In this document: in pieces, positions 38,894 to 48,752 of the stretch
How the letters are laid out: each line of letters opens with the position of its first letter
How positions within the stretch are numbered: the stretch's first letter is position 1
Notes under the pieces: model-generated
What the model saw: only the letters and a program-made list of their open reading frames with translations
Database searches by the model: none
What the model was told of the DNA's origin: nothing
From: Armatimonadota bacterium
GTDB taxonomy: Bacteria; Armatimonadota; Fervidibacteria; Fervidibacterales; Thermosaccharophagaceae
NCBI GenBank assembly: GCA_025062195.1
Contig: JANXAS010000005.1
Location: forward strand, 15,368-79,367
DNA length: 64,000 nucleotides
Direction: 5' to 3'
Made by a program: the position numbers and the translations under genes

Positions 38894-40867
38894 TTACCAG
38901 TTCATCGGATAGACACGCATGTTTGGAACAAAGCACCCAACAAGTGTCCACAGACCACCGTGAGCGAAGTCTCCAAGTATTAACCCGAGGAAGAATGGCA
39001 ATGCACGCCTATATGCTGTCGTCCCAAAGTATCTCAGCAGCACACCTTTGAATGCCCATGAGATCATGAATGGCAGCCATACTTTATGCATCGTAGCTGT
39101 GTTGGCGACAGCGTATCCGAAAGGGTGCGTCGGAATTGAGAGAAGATGAGCCCTTGCAAATGTTAGCATGCATGTCACCATAAATCCGATTGCCACAGCT
39201 ATTGTCTCGCGAATATCCGGAAGGACTGGTTGGCGAAGGAAGCTTTCAAGCATCGTGAATGGTTCTCGCCCCATGTATACTCTCCACACATCGGCTTTCC
39301 CAGCCGCACCGAGGTTATACCAGACTGACAGGGCACCGTAAAAGGCTGTGGGAACGCAAATGAGCGTGCCGATGATTATGCCCCAAAGAAGCTTGGTTTG
39401 GTTCAGGTTGATCATACCCGACATTTTGAGTGCGTCCATTTGGTGCGGCATCGGCAGGCAGCGCAGGTCAAAGCTCGCTATGTTTCGGAAGTATGCCATG
39501 ATGGTGAGCTCGCGCGGTGTGAGCGCATTAGTGCCGAGTGTCGTCGTCACAAGCGTATACGGGTCGGCGTGAGGTCCAAATAGCCATGCGTTACCTGCCT
39601 CAGCTCTAAGGCGTGTTGCCGAGAGCATATATGTGAAAGAGAGCGCAAAAAGCAGCGCTCCAACCGTTGCTCTCATCCCGGCAGCGCGTGCAAAAAAGAT
39701 GAGGAAGGAAAAGGATGAGATGAGCATCGCAAGCGCTATGATAAGGCTTTTGCGCTCTTGTGCGGTGCCGCTTTTTCCAAGTATGGTTTGAAGCACCTGA
39801 GCAAGATATGTCCTGCCGATCCAAACACTGAGCAATGCGATGGCTAAGAATGCGCCAGCACCTTGGTGGGCAATGTATGGGTAACGGCTTATGCCACCGC
39901 GCCCAAGTTGCGATATGCCGATTGCCTCGCAAAACACTGCCTCAAGCTTTGTGATAAAATAAAACAGCCAGCAACTGAAGGTAACCTCCAAGCTGAGCAA
40001 GTAACCGATCCCGATTATGAAAGGGTAGAAGGTCATCGGCATTGAGCCGATGGCATTCCAAGGTCTGTCCGTAAGATATCTGCCCACATCAAGCCTTGTG
40101 CCTCGGACATCAATCATCGGCAACGAAGGATAATTCATGCTCAGTGTGTTCCAACTTCCAAGCACAAATGCCATTATGAATCCGAGCCAAAGTGAACGGT
40201 TGCGCAGTGCCTCAAATCCGGGCTTTGTCAATTCAACTGGAAGGACTACGGTCGGGAATGTGAGGCGTTCGCGCTCAATCCATTGCCGCTTGAACAGAAT
40301 GCACAGCGATAGTGTGAACAGCATTATGGCGATCGTGAAAGCGCTCCAGACAGCCATTGGCAGAAGCCAGTGAACGATTGGAACGGATGTGCCACCAATA
40401 TAGAACATCCGTATGGCTTCCCTATCTTGTGGCGCAAACCAAGTTGGTATGTAGCTCCAAAACAGTTCCTCCCAGTTATTCACCGGAGAGGCGTAGTATA
40501 CTGGCGCAGTCAACGCCGGAACGAGGAAGTGCATCCCGCCAGATGAGGCAATGACGGTCGTAGAAGCAAGCACCGCATAAATCAGGATGAGCTCACATTG
40601 TCTCAGGCGCCAACTCGCTTTAATCCTCGCCAAGGCGCTGTTGAGCAGCACCAATGTGCAAAGCGTGAAGAACGCTCCAACAGGAAGGGCTGTATTTGCA
40701 AGCGCAGTGTGCCCGCGGAGCCCACCAAGCCTTATCTCAGCGTGATGTATCCACATGACCAACGGTGGTATGAGCAACCAAGCGATAATCATCGCTATAT
40801 TGCGTGCTTCAATTTCCTCGGCAGGCGCTTTCAGAGGCAGCTTTTCAATCTCAATTCGGTGAGCCAT
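38894..40867 (-). CDS. Large polytopic membrane protein, DUF6785/DUF6784 (OPT-like transporter) family
   Basis: ELILIY, RQWIERERLTFP, RLRAEAG, HPFGY, PFFLGLILGD motifs; more than 14 TM segments. Confidence 0.75.
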   Translation of the reverse strand: MAHRIEIEKLPLKAPAEEIEARNIAMIIAWLLIPPLVMWIHHAEIRLGGLRGHTALANTALPVGAFFTLCTLVLLNSALARIKASWRLRQCELILIYAVLASTTVIASSGGMHFLVPALTAPVYYASPVNNWEELFWSYIPTWFAPQDREAIRMFYIGGTSVPIVHWLLPMAVWSAFTIAIMLFTLSLCILFKRQWIERERLTFPTVVLPVELTKPGFEALRNRSLWLGFIMAFVLGSWNTLSMNYPSLPMIDVRGTRLDVGRYLTDRPWNAIGSMPMTFYPFIIGIGYLLSLEVTFSCWLFYFITKLEAVFCEAIGISQLGRGGISRYPYIAHQGAGAFLAIALLSVWIGRTYLAQVLQTILGKSGTAQERKSLIIALAMLISSFSFLIFFARAAGMRATVGALLFALSFTYMLSATRLRAEAGNAWLFGPHADPYTLVTTTLGTNALTPRELTIMAYFRNIASFDLRCLPMPHQMDALKMSGMINLNQTKLLWGIIIGTLICVPTAFYGALSVWYNLGAAGKADVWRVYMGREPFTMLESFLRQPVLPDIRETIAVAIGFMVTCMLTFARAHLLSIPTHPFGYAVANTATMHKVWLPFMISWAFKGVLLRYFGTTAYRRALPFFLGLILGDFAHGGLWTLVGCFVPNMRVYPMNW

Positions 40868-41045
40868 TCAAATGTCACCTCAATTCTGGCTCGTAGTGTG
40901 TTTGTCGCAACTTCGCCATATAACCGAAACTTCATTTTACATCTGTAGCTCCAACTGTTACATTGAAGTGTTGCAGGCAAGCTTTAATTTGGATTTCCAC
41001 TCACCGAATTCACGGTTGGCTTCCAAAAGTAAGAGGTGGCATGTG

Positions 41046-42770
41046 ATGGCGCGTAGGCAAATTAAGCGCATAGCATGGTTAGAGCCAGCTCGCTTCCCAT
41101 ACGGGTATGGAGACCAACATGTCTTCAAGGGATGGGTGATACCGAGGGCGGGACCTCAAATGGCTGGATTGCTTGACTCGCTCGGTTACGACACTGTTGT
41201 CTATTGTGGTGAGGGGGCTCCAATTGAGGTTGATGAGATAGCGCGAAATTTTGATATGGCGTGCATATCCGTGTTGAGCTGCACAGCCACCTATGGATTG
41301 ATACTCGGAAAACAGCTCTCGGATATGGGTATGCCGGTTGTTGCCGGTGGCTTCCATTTTGCCCATGCGCTCATGACGCCGGAGACGCTTGCCCCTACCA
41401 CAGAGGCGCTTGACTATGTCCCGTATGTCATTAGGGGTGAAGGCTATAAAAGCTTGGTTGAGTTACTTGAGGCGCTTGAGGGTGGAAGGAGCCTTGAAAG
41501 CATACATGGGCTTTCATATCGCTTCGGGGATGAAAAGATACACAATCCACCAGCGCAGCTTATGACGAGGGAGGAGTTAAATCAGTTGCCGTTACCGAAG
41601 TGGGAAAAGGTCATCGGCGTGAAGAGAGGGCATGTCATTTCAATTCATGGCATGTATGGTTGTCCGAGGAAGTGCACATGGTGCGCCGTATGGCCGAGGG
41701 ATGGAAGAGGTAATAGGAGCATAGACCCGGCGAAGGTTGTTGATGCAATTGAACACGCCTTAAAAGTCCAAGGCAGAGATAACAACCGCGTCACATGGAT
41801 TTTTTTCTCGTCGGACAACTTCCCGGCTATAAAAGATTGGGCGCGTGGCGTTTGTAACGAGATCATCAAGCGCAGGCTGCCGATAAAATGGACATGCCAA
41901 GCCGAAGTGGCAGCAGTTAAAAGGCTTGAATTGGTCAAGCTTATGAAGGAGGCTGGGTGCGAGTGGTGGTGCATCGGGTTTGAGAGCATAAGTGAGGACT
42001 CACTGCGCGCCTCTGAGAAACAGCAATCGCTCAAGGATATGGAGGAGGCAATAAGGCAGTTGCACGCTAACGGCATAAAGATTCACGGTATGTTCATATG
42101 CGGCTTACCCGGAGATACAAGGGAGAGTATCTTCAGGACGGTTCAATGGGCGAAGCGCATGGGCATTGAGACCATACAGATAACATGTCTCGTTGAGTTG
42201 CCCGGCTCTCAGGATTACGAGACGATGAGGCAATGGGAGAGAGCATTCAAGCCATTCCAACCACCCTACGAACTCCTAAATTGGCTTTTCACGAATGGGC
42301 ATTATGCGAGAGTAAACACGGGCAAGATGAGCCTGTATGAAATTCAAAGATGCGCTATGGAGGGTATGAAACACTTCTACTCAATTGGGCACATACTAAA
42401 AGCCATCTTCCCAAATTGGAACACGCTCAAGTATGAGTTGAGGCGTGGGAGCGGTTTTCTCAGGAGTTTGAAAGCAGCGTGCATTGATAGCGTTTATGTT
42501 ACAGTTCTCAGGATGCGCGGATTTAAACTGCTCAGGCAATGGGAAAACACAAGGCTGAATCAGCTCTATCAGATGATGCTCCAATTCCCTGAGCGCATAC
42601 CGCAGCTTGTCCAAGAGGCGCTGAAACTTATCCCGAGAGATTGGATTGAGGTCATGGAGAAGGTGGCGGGTGAGAGGCGCCCCTGCAAACTCGTGATTAG
42701 AGAGGGCGAACTCCCACGGCATCTAAAGCCGTTCATTGAGAGATGGAGGATGCTCGCAAATCAATGTTAG
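41046..42770 (+). CDS. B12-binding-domain radical SAM protein
   Basis: VVAGGFH, IRGEGY, GCPRKCTWC, SSDNF, IGFESI, GMFICGLPGD; start moved behind GAGGTGG. Confidence 0.88.
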   Translation: MARRQIKRIAWLEPARFPYGYGDQHVFKGWVIPRAGPQMAGLLDSLGYDTVVYCGEGAPIEVDEIARNFDMACISVLSCTATYGLILGKQLSDMGMPVVAGGFHFAHALMTPETLAPTTEALDYVPYVIRGEGYKSLVELLEALEGGRSLESIHGLSYRFGDEKIHNPPAQLMTREELNQLPLPKWEKVIGVKRGHVISIHGMYGCPRKCTWCAVWPRDGRGNRSIDPAKVVDAIEHALKVQGRDNNRVTWIFFSSDNFPAIKDWARGVCNEIIKRRLPIKWTCQAEVAAVKRLELVKLMKEAGCEWWCIGFESISEDSLRASEKQQSLKDMEEAIRQLHANGIKIHGMFICGLPGDTRESIFRTVQWAKRMGIETIQITCLVELPGSQDYETMRQWERAFKPFQPPYELLNWLFTNGHYARVNTGKMSLYEIQRCAMEGMKHFYSIGHILKAIFPNWNTLKYELRRGSGFLRSLKAACIDSVYVTVLRMRGFKLLRQWENTRLNQLYQMMLQFPERIPQLVQEALKLIPRDWIEVMEKVAGERRPCKLVIREGELPRHLKPFIERWRMLANQC

Positions 42771-42870
42771 CTCCAAAGGAAAAAGCTACATCACTCCTTG
42801 CCGGGATTTGGTGCCGGCAAACTTAGCTCACATGGCAGGTTATGGTGATGTCTAACACGCTGGGTAAGGG

Positions 42871-43992
42871 GTGATCATCATGAAGGGGAGCGTTAAGGTC
42901 GGCATTGTTGGGTTGGGCATGGGTAGGATACACCTTCAGGCGCTAAAAAGGATGGAAGGGGTTGAAGTTAGCGCTCTGTGCGATGTCAATGAGGAATTGC
43001 TTAAGAAGGTCGGTGAGGAGGCTGGTGTGCAAAAGTTGTTCACCGACTTTGAGCAGTTTATCAGTGATGATATGGATGCCGCATTCATATGCACGCCGCA
43101 CTTCCTGCATTACGAGCAGGTCATTGCAGCGCTTCGCTCTGGAAAGCATGTATTCTGCGAGAAGCCGCTTGCAGTCACCGTAAAGGAAGCCGACGAGATG
43201 GCAAAGGTGGCAAGGGAGCTCGGAAAGAAACTCGCTGTAGGCTTTCAAAGGCGAACCAATCCAAAAGATAGGTTGGTCAAGCAGCTCATTCAGGAGTTGG
43301 GCGAAATATCTCGCGGGTTATATGAGATGCTCAGCTTGCGCACACAGGCTTACTATGATTCTGGGGCGTGGAGGGGCACATGGTGGGGTGAGGGTGGAGG
43401 TGTGCTTATAAATCAGGCAGTGCACGACCTTGACATATACCAATGGTGGATGGGCATGCCAAAGCTCGTATTTGGCATGGCAGAAACATTTGCACATGAA
43501 ATTGAGACGGAGGATTTGGCGAGCGCTATTTTCGTTTACGAGAATGGAGCACAGGTGCTCTTTCAGGCATCTCTTGTCAACCATCCGGGCATGTCAAGGT
43601 TTGAGGTGAGCGGCGAAATGGGTTGTTTAATTTACGACGGAAACATACGGCTGGCTAAGATTGATGGGGCACTTTTTGACTTCATTCGGACATGCCCAGA
43701 AGCATGGGGCAAGCCACCCGAAGTTACTTGGCAGGATGTGCAAGCGCCGCAAGAGGAGTGGGGGCATGCAGCGCTTGTTAAGGACTTCATTGATTCAATA
43801 GTTGAAGATAGAGAGCCATTGGTCAGCGGTGAGGAGGGGATAAAGTCGGTTGAGCTTGTCAATGCCATCATCATGTCCACAATACTTCGCGAGCCAGTTG
43901 AGCTGCCTTTGGAGAGGGCTTCTTACGAAGCTTTGATGGAGGACCTGCGTGCTGGCAGGCGCAGCTTGCCGCGCCGAGCCAGCCAACCATAG
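42871..43992 (+). CDS. Gfo/Idh/MocA family oxidoreductase
   Basis: GIVGLGMG, GKHVFCEKP, GGGVLINQAVHDLD. Confidence 0.93.
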   Translation: MIIMKGSVKVGIVGLGMGRIHLQALKRMEGVEVSALCDVNEELLKKVGEEAGVQKLFTDFEQFISDDMDAAFICTPHFLHYEQVIAALRSGKHVFCEKPLAVTVKEADEMAKVARELGKKLAVGFQRRTNPKDRLVKQLIQELGEISRGLYEMLSLRTQAYYDSGAWRGTWWGEGGGVLINQAVHDLDIYQWWMGMPKLVFGMAETFAHEIETEDLASAIFVYENGAQVLFQASLVNHPGMSRFEVSGEMGCLIYDGNIRLAKIDGALFDFIRTCPEAWGKPPEVTWQDVQAPQEEWGHAALVKDFIDSIVEDREPLVSGEEGIKSVELVNAIIMSTILREPVELPLERASYEALMEDLRAGRRSLPRRASQP

Positions 43993-44083
43993 GCTTTATG
44001 GTGTGCCTTGCTTGATAGATATTGCGTCTCAGCTTTGTGTTAGGGCGGTAATACGCGCCGCTGTATCTGAAGGTGAGGTTAGG

Positions 44084-45472
44084 TTGAACCTTAGCGCGTT
44101 GATGATGGAGCGTTTTCCAAGATGGCTTATAGAGCGTCTCTTTACGATTGGGCATATTGCAGAATGCTCAGGATGGAGGGCTTTCATTGTTGGCGGATTT
44201 GTCCGAGACCTTATCCTTGGCAAACCCAACCTTGACATAGACATCATGGTTGAGGGTGATGGGATTGCGCTTGCAAGGGAGTTGTCCGAAACATATGGTG
44301 CTAAGTTGACCGTTTATGAGCGCTTCTTTACAGCTACACTTCACATGCCTGATGGAAGGCGCATTGATATTGCTACATGCCGAAGAGAGCGGTATGAGCG
44401 CCCGGCTGTCCTGCCAGAAGTTGAACCGGCAAGCGCCGAGGAAGATTTACTACGCCGTGACTTCTCAATCAATGCCATAGCAGTTCACATAACACCTAGT
44501 AGGTTCGGCGATGTGCTTGATGTCTGCAGGGGCATACCGGACTTGCAGTGCGGGTTGATACGAATCTTGCATGAGCGTAGTTTCATTGATGACCCGACGA
44601 GGGCATTCAGGGCAGTGAGGTTCGAGCAGCGCTTCTCATTCAAGATTGAGCTGCAGACTGAACATCTAATGCGAGACGCTATCAAAGCCGGGATGATATC
44701 GCTCCTGACACGAGACAGGATAAAGCACGAATGGATAAGGATCTGCTATGAGCCTAATCCAGCGGCGTGCATCTTTAGGATGGCAGAATTTGACATGCTG
44801 CGCTGGATTGATGAAGCGCTCTCACTTGATGGCGAGCTTAAGCGCAGAGTGCTTTTCAATTTACCTGAAGCCGAGGGGTTGACAAGGAGTGCGGGTGTGG
44901 CTTACGAAAGATGGCTGCTATACTTGATGCCGTTGATTGATGGTGCTGATTTTGAGAGTGCAGTTTCTATCTGCAGGCGTTACTCCCTCAGCGCAAAGCA
45001 CTCACAGGCTTTGTTGAGCAGCCTCTCAACTGATAAAGTCATACAGGCTGTGAGCTTACCTATGCAGCCGAGCGCCATTAAAGCTTATTTGGATGCGCTC
45101 CCAGTTGAAGTCATTGCGTATGCCATCGCGAAGGCTATTGCAATGGGCTTTAGGCGAGCCTTAGATTCGCTCATCACCTACCTCAAAAATTACATTAATG
45201 CTCGGCCGGATGTAACGGGCAGTGAACTTATCTCGGCGGGCATACCGGCAGGACCTTGGATTGGGGCAGCTCTTCGTGAGGCTTTAAAAGCCAAGCTTGA
45301 CGAGGGCTGCGACAAAACGAGGCAGCTTGAAGTGGCGTTGAAAGTTGCCAAGGGCATAGCAGCGGTGGTGAGCCGTGGAGCCAAAATTGGTGAGGAAGGG
45401 CGTAATACTCGCAGCAGGAAGAGGGACAAGATTGCTCCCGATCACCGAGAGTATACCAAAAGCGATGATTGA
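44084..45472 (+). CDS. cca: Class II tRNA nucleotidyltransferase (CCA- or A-adding)
   Basis: VGGFVRD, DIDI, RRDFSINA, DDPTRAFRAVRF; likely TTG start behind GGTGAGG. Confidence 0.88.
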   Translation: MNLSALMMERFPRWLIERLFTIGHIAECSGWRAFIVGGFVRDLILGKPNLDIDIMVEGDGIALARELSETYGAKLTVYERFFTATLHMPDGRRIDIATCRRERYERPAVLPEVEPASAEEDLLRRDFSINAIAVHITPSRFGDVLDVCRGIPDLQCGLIRILHERSFIDDPTRAFRAVRFEQRFSFKIELQTEHLMRDAIKAGMISLLTRDRIKHEWIRICYEPNPAACIFRMAEFDMLRWIDEALSLDGELKRRVLFNLPEAEGLTRSAGVAYERWLLYLMPLIDGADFESAVSICRRYSLSAKHSQALLSSLSTDKVIQAVSLPMQPSAIKAYLDALPVEVIAYAIAKAIAMGFRRALDSLITYLKNYINARPDVTGSELISAGIPAGPWIGAALREALKAKLDEGCDKTRQLEVALKVAKGIAAVVSRGAKIGEEGRNTRSRKRDKIAPDHREYTKSDD

Positions 45473-46115
45473 AGTTGGCGGCGAGCCATTCCTTTCTCAC
45501 ATTCTTCGCCGCTTCAAATTGGCTGGGTGCTCACATGTTCTAATCGTCATTGGGCACTTGGGTGATTTGATTGTCCAACGCTATGGCGATGAGGCTTTCT
45601 CCATGCGCCTGTCATATGCCATTCAAGAGGAGCCCAAAGGGACTGCGAGGGCACTTCAACTCGCAGAGGCATTTGTTGGGGATGACCCATTTATGCTCTC
45701 TTGGGGAGATGTGATTGCGTCACCGAACAACTACGCATCACTATGGGAGAGATTTGAGATGGGCGATTGCGAAGTCTGCATGCTCGTCAATTGGGTTGAA
45801 GATGTTTCATCTGGAGCGGATGTGAGACTATCAGGTGAGCTTGTAACCGGCATAGTTGAAAAGCCGCCGGTAAAAAAAGCTGGGTGGAATCAGTCCGGTG
45901 TGTTTGTCATGAGCAATCGCATCTTCTCATATCTTCCAAAGGTTGAGCTGTCAAAGCGAGGCGAGTATGAATTCACAGATGCCATCAGGATGATGTTAGA
46001 CGCCGGAGAACGCATCATCGCCGTGCAAGCTTGCGGCTATGTGCACGAATTGGGAACACATCATCATTTGAATCGTCTTAAAGCGATTGCTTCGCTGCTC
46101 AAGTTTGGGATGTAA
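45375..46115 (+). CDS. Sugar-phosphate nucleotidyltransferase (NTP_transferase family)
   Basis: GVILAAGRGTRLLPIT..PKAM, QEEPKGTA, VEKP, RGEYEFTD. Confidence 0.9.
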   Translation: MEPKLVRKGVILAAGRGTRLLPITESIPKAMIEVGGEPFLSHILRRFKLAGCSHVLIVIGHLGDLIVQRYGDEAFSMRLSYAIQEEPKGTARALQLAEAFVGDDPFMLSWGDVIASPNNYASLWERFEMGDCEVCMLVNWVEDVSSGADVRLSGELVTGIVEKPPVKKAGWNQSGVFVMSNRIFSYLPKVELSKRGEYEFTDAIRMMLDAGERIIAVQACGYVHELGTHHHLNRLKAIASLLKFGM

Positions 46116-46270
46116 TACCATACTTGTCGCAGAGCAGCCAAACAGGTGAACAACAATTCTTCACATTCTTGCACGTGCCCTCTAACGCGAATTTTTGCTG
46201 ACTCGTTTAGAGCACAGGCTTAAACACGAGACAGCAAATTTAGGCGCAAGGAGCGGTGGGTTTCTTTCCC

Positions 46271-46478
46271 GCTCTTTGCTTCGATGTTTTTGTTAGCTAT
46301 CTTTTCCGATCGTGCTATTGGCTTTGGCTCGCAGCCGCTGACCAGTTTTTAGCCCCGTCTTCGGACGGCTTAATTCCTTAGCCGAATAAATTCGGCTCCG
46401 ATTAGTTCGTCGTCAACAGCTGGCTAAAGCCGGTGGCTTGGATGAATTAGCACAAACAAAATTTTTAGCGGATGGTGC
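46271..46478. repeat. Family R element with both long imperfect inverted arms (copy C), between convergent genes
   Basis: Left arm GCTCTTTGCT...GCTATTGGCTTTGGCT..CAGCCGCTGAC; right arm GTCAACAGCTGGCTAAAGCCGGTGGC...TTTTTAGCGGA. Confidence 0.65.
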
Positions 46479-46610
46479 GGGCATATTTTTGGGGCATAAT
46501 CTGCCCATCAATTTTGCAGGTGGTATACTATAATACCGCCGTGTGGAAGCTGCAAAACTACATCGGTTAGAAGTTGCCTCAATTTTTTGGAAATGGTATA
46601 GTGCCTTTCT

Positions 46611-47765
46611 TTATCCGAAGCGCCCTCTTATGAAAGCATCGGTGCGCTCATCACGTGGGTTCTCAAATATCTGGCTTGTTGAGCCGACTTCTATAAGTTC
46701 GCCATCAAGCATGAAACCGGTCATGTCAGCCACCCGTGATGCTTGGAACATGTTATGCGTGACAAGCACAATTGTCAGGTGTTCCTTCAACTCAAGCATC
46801 AGCTCCTCAATTCGCAATGTTGATGCCGGGTCAAGCGCTGAGCACGGTTCATCAAGTAGAAGCACATCCGGTTCAACAGCGAGGGCGCGAGCTATACAGA
46901 GGCGCTGTTGCTGTCCGCCTGAGAGAGTGAAAGCCGGTCTGTGGAGTATATCCTTAACTTCGTCCCAAAGAACTGCCTCTCTGAGCGCCTTCTCAACTAT
47001 TTCGCTGAGCAACCTCTTGTCCTTGATGCCATGTATCCTCGGTCCGTAAGCGACATTGTCAAATATGGACATCGGAAACGGGTTTGGCTTTTGAAAGACC
47101 ATCCCAACTCTCCTTCTCAGTTCAACTGGGTGAATGCCTTTATCGTAAATGTTGACGCCGTCAAGAAACACCTCACCGCTCACCTTTGCATCTGGTATCA
47201 AATCATTCATCCTGTTGAGGCAGCGCAGCAGCGAGCTTTTGCCACACCCTGAAGGTCCTATGATGGCGAAGATGCAATTTGCCGGTATATCAAGGTTAAT
47301 GTTCTTGAGGGCGGGACGCTCACCATAGTGCAACCATAAATTTCGTATCCGGAATTTTACCCTCACCTCAGCGCTCAGCTGCTTCACCAGCTCATTCACT
47401 CGCGCCTCAATTAAGTCCCTCGTCCGCCTATACACTTCAATTGGTGCTCCGGTTGGGTCTGGTATGTCCCATTCAATCTTATACGGGGCACTAACTAAAG
47501 AGTCGGTGCTCATATCAAGCCCAACTGTAACGACAACATCGCTTCCGACGATGTTCACCTCTGATGTCCCTTTGGGACGCTGTGAGCTTATATCAATGCC
47601 TATTTCCTTCATTACCAAGATGGCGTTTGGGTCAATTTCCTTTGCCGGGTTAAGACCGGCACTTGCAACTTCAAATTGCCCTTTGCTTGCTTCCCTGAAC
47701 AGCGCCTCTGCCATTTGGCTCCTGCATGAATTCCTCTCGCAAACGAACACAACTCTTCTCTTCAT
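46611..47765 (-). CDS. pstB: ArsC/LMW-PTP domain fused to phosphate ABC transporter ATPase PstB
   Basis: N-terminal [16 protein letters not shown]...SAG...WDIPDP (LMWPc fold); C-terminal [45 protein letters not shown]; one uninterrupted frame. Confidence 0.93.
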   Translation of the reverse strand: MKRRVVFVCERNSCRSQMAEALFREASKGQFEVASAGLNPAKEIDPNAILVMKEIGIDISSQRPKGTSEVNIVGSDVVVTVGLDMSTDSLVSAPYKIEWDIPDPTGAPIEVYRRTRDLIEARVNELVKQLSAEVRVKFRIRNLWLHYGERPALKNINLDIPANCIFAIIGPSGCGKSSLLRCLNRMNDLIPDAKVSGEVFLDGVNIYDKGIHPVELRRRVGMVFQKPNPFPMSIFDNVAYGPRIHGIKDKRLLSEIVEKALREAVLWDEVKDILHRPAFTLSGGQQQRLCIARALAVEPDVLLLDEPCSALDPASTLRIEELMLELKEHLTIVLVTHNMFQASRVADMTGFMLDGELIEVGSTSQIFENPRDERTDAFIRGRFG

Positions 47766-47813
47766 CTTAGCCCTCACCTCAACTGGCTCAGTGCCATCAT
47801 ATAAAAGCTTGTC

Positions 47814-48752
47814 TCACACTTCGCCAGCGATGATGCGCAGCCGCACTCGGATGAGTATGGCGATCAAGTTGAGCAAAAAGGTGAGTGCCAATAGCACAAG
47901 AGCTGTTGCATATTGCAATGGCATTGTCGCCTCAACATCCGGAGACTGTGTTGCCATGACATAAATGTGATAGCCAAGGTGCATGAATTGGCTCGTTGGC
48001 GATAACGGCAATTGCGGCAGGTAATACGCTACCCCAGTGAAGAGCAATGGGGCAACTTCAGCAGCGCCTCTGCTCACAGTTAAAATAGCACCTGTGAGTA
48101 TACCACCCATTGCCTTAGGGAAAACCACGCGCCATATCGTCTGCCATTTGGTTGCACCAAGTGCATAACTTGCCAAACGCAATTCCTCGGGTATTGCAGC
48201 CAATGCTTCCTCCGTGGCAGTAACTGCAACTGGCAATGTGAGAATTGAGAGTGTTGCTGCAGCCCAAAGCAAGCATGGCTGCCCAAACAGAAGTTCGGCG
48301 CCAATGAGAGAATCAATTCTTCGCCCCAAGAAGAGAATGAAAAAGCTCAGCCCAAACATGCCATACACGATGGACGGCACCCCGGCAAGATTTGATATGG
48401 AAGTCCGTATCAACCTCGTGATGAGAGCGTGCTTTGGAGCATACTCATTCAAGTAAATAGCCGTTAGGACGCCCACAGGCATGACCATAAGCGTCATTAT
48501 GATGACAAGGAACATAGTTCCAAATATGGCTGGGAATATACCACCACCTGTCATGCCTTGCTCCGGTGGCTTAGTCAGGAATTCCCATGAGAGTTTTCTG
48601 TAGCCGCCGCTTCCAAGGTCAACCAATATTATGGCAAGCATTGAAAGGACGATTAAGGTTGCAATGGCGCTTAGGAGTGTTAAGGCTAAGCCACTTGCTT
48701 CACTGCCTTTTGGTAACCTGAACCGTCTTCGGTTGGCATTCATTCTAACCAC
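47814..48752 (-). CDS. pstA: Phosphate ABC transporter permease PstA
   Basis: GGIFPAIFGT, AIYLNEYA, NLAGVPSIVYG, ALGATKWQT. Confidence 0.95.
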   Translation of the reverse strand: MVRMNANRRRFRLPKGSEASGLALTLLSAIATLIVLSMLAIILVDLGSGGYRKLSWEFLTKPPEQGMTGGGIFPAIFGTMFLVIIMTLMVMPVGVLTAIYLNEYAPKHALITRLIRTSISNLAGVPSIVYGMFGLSFFILFLGRRIDSLIGAELLFGQPCLLWAAATLSILTLPVAVTATEEALAAIPEELRLASYALGATKWQTIWRVVFPKAMGGILTGAILTVSRGAAEVAPLLFTGVAYYLPQLPLSPTSQFMHLGYHIYVMATQSPDVEATMPLQYATALVLLALTFLLNLIAILIRVRLRIIAGEV

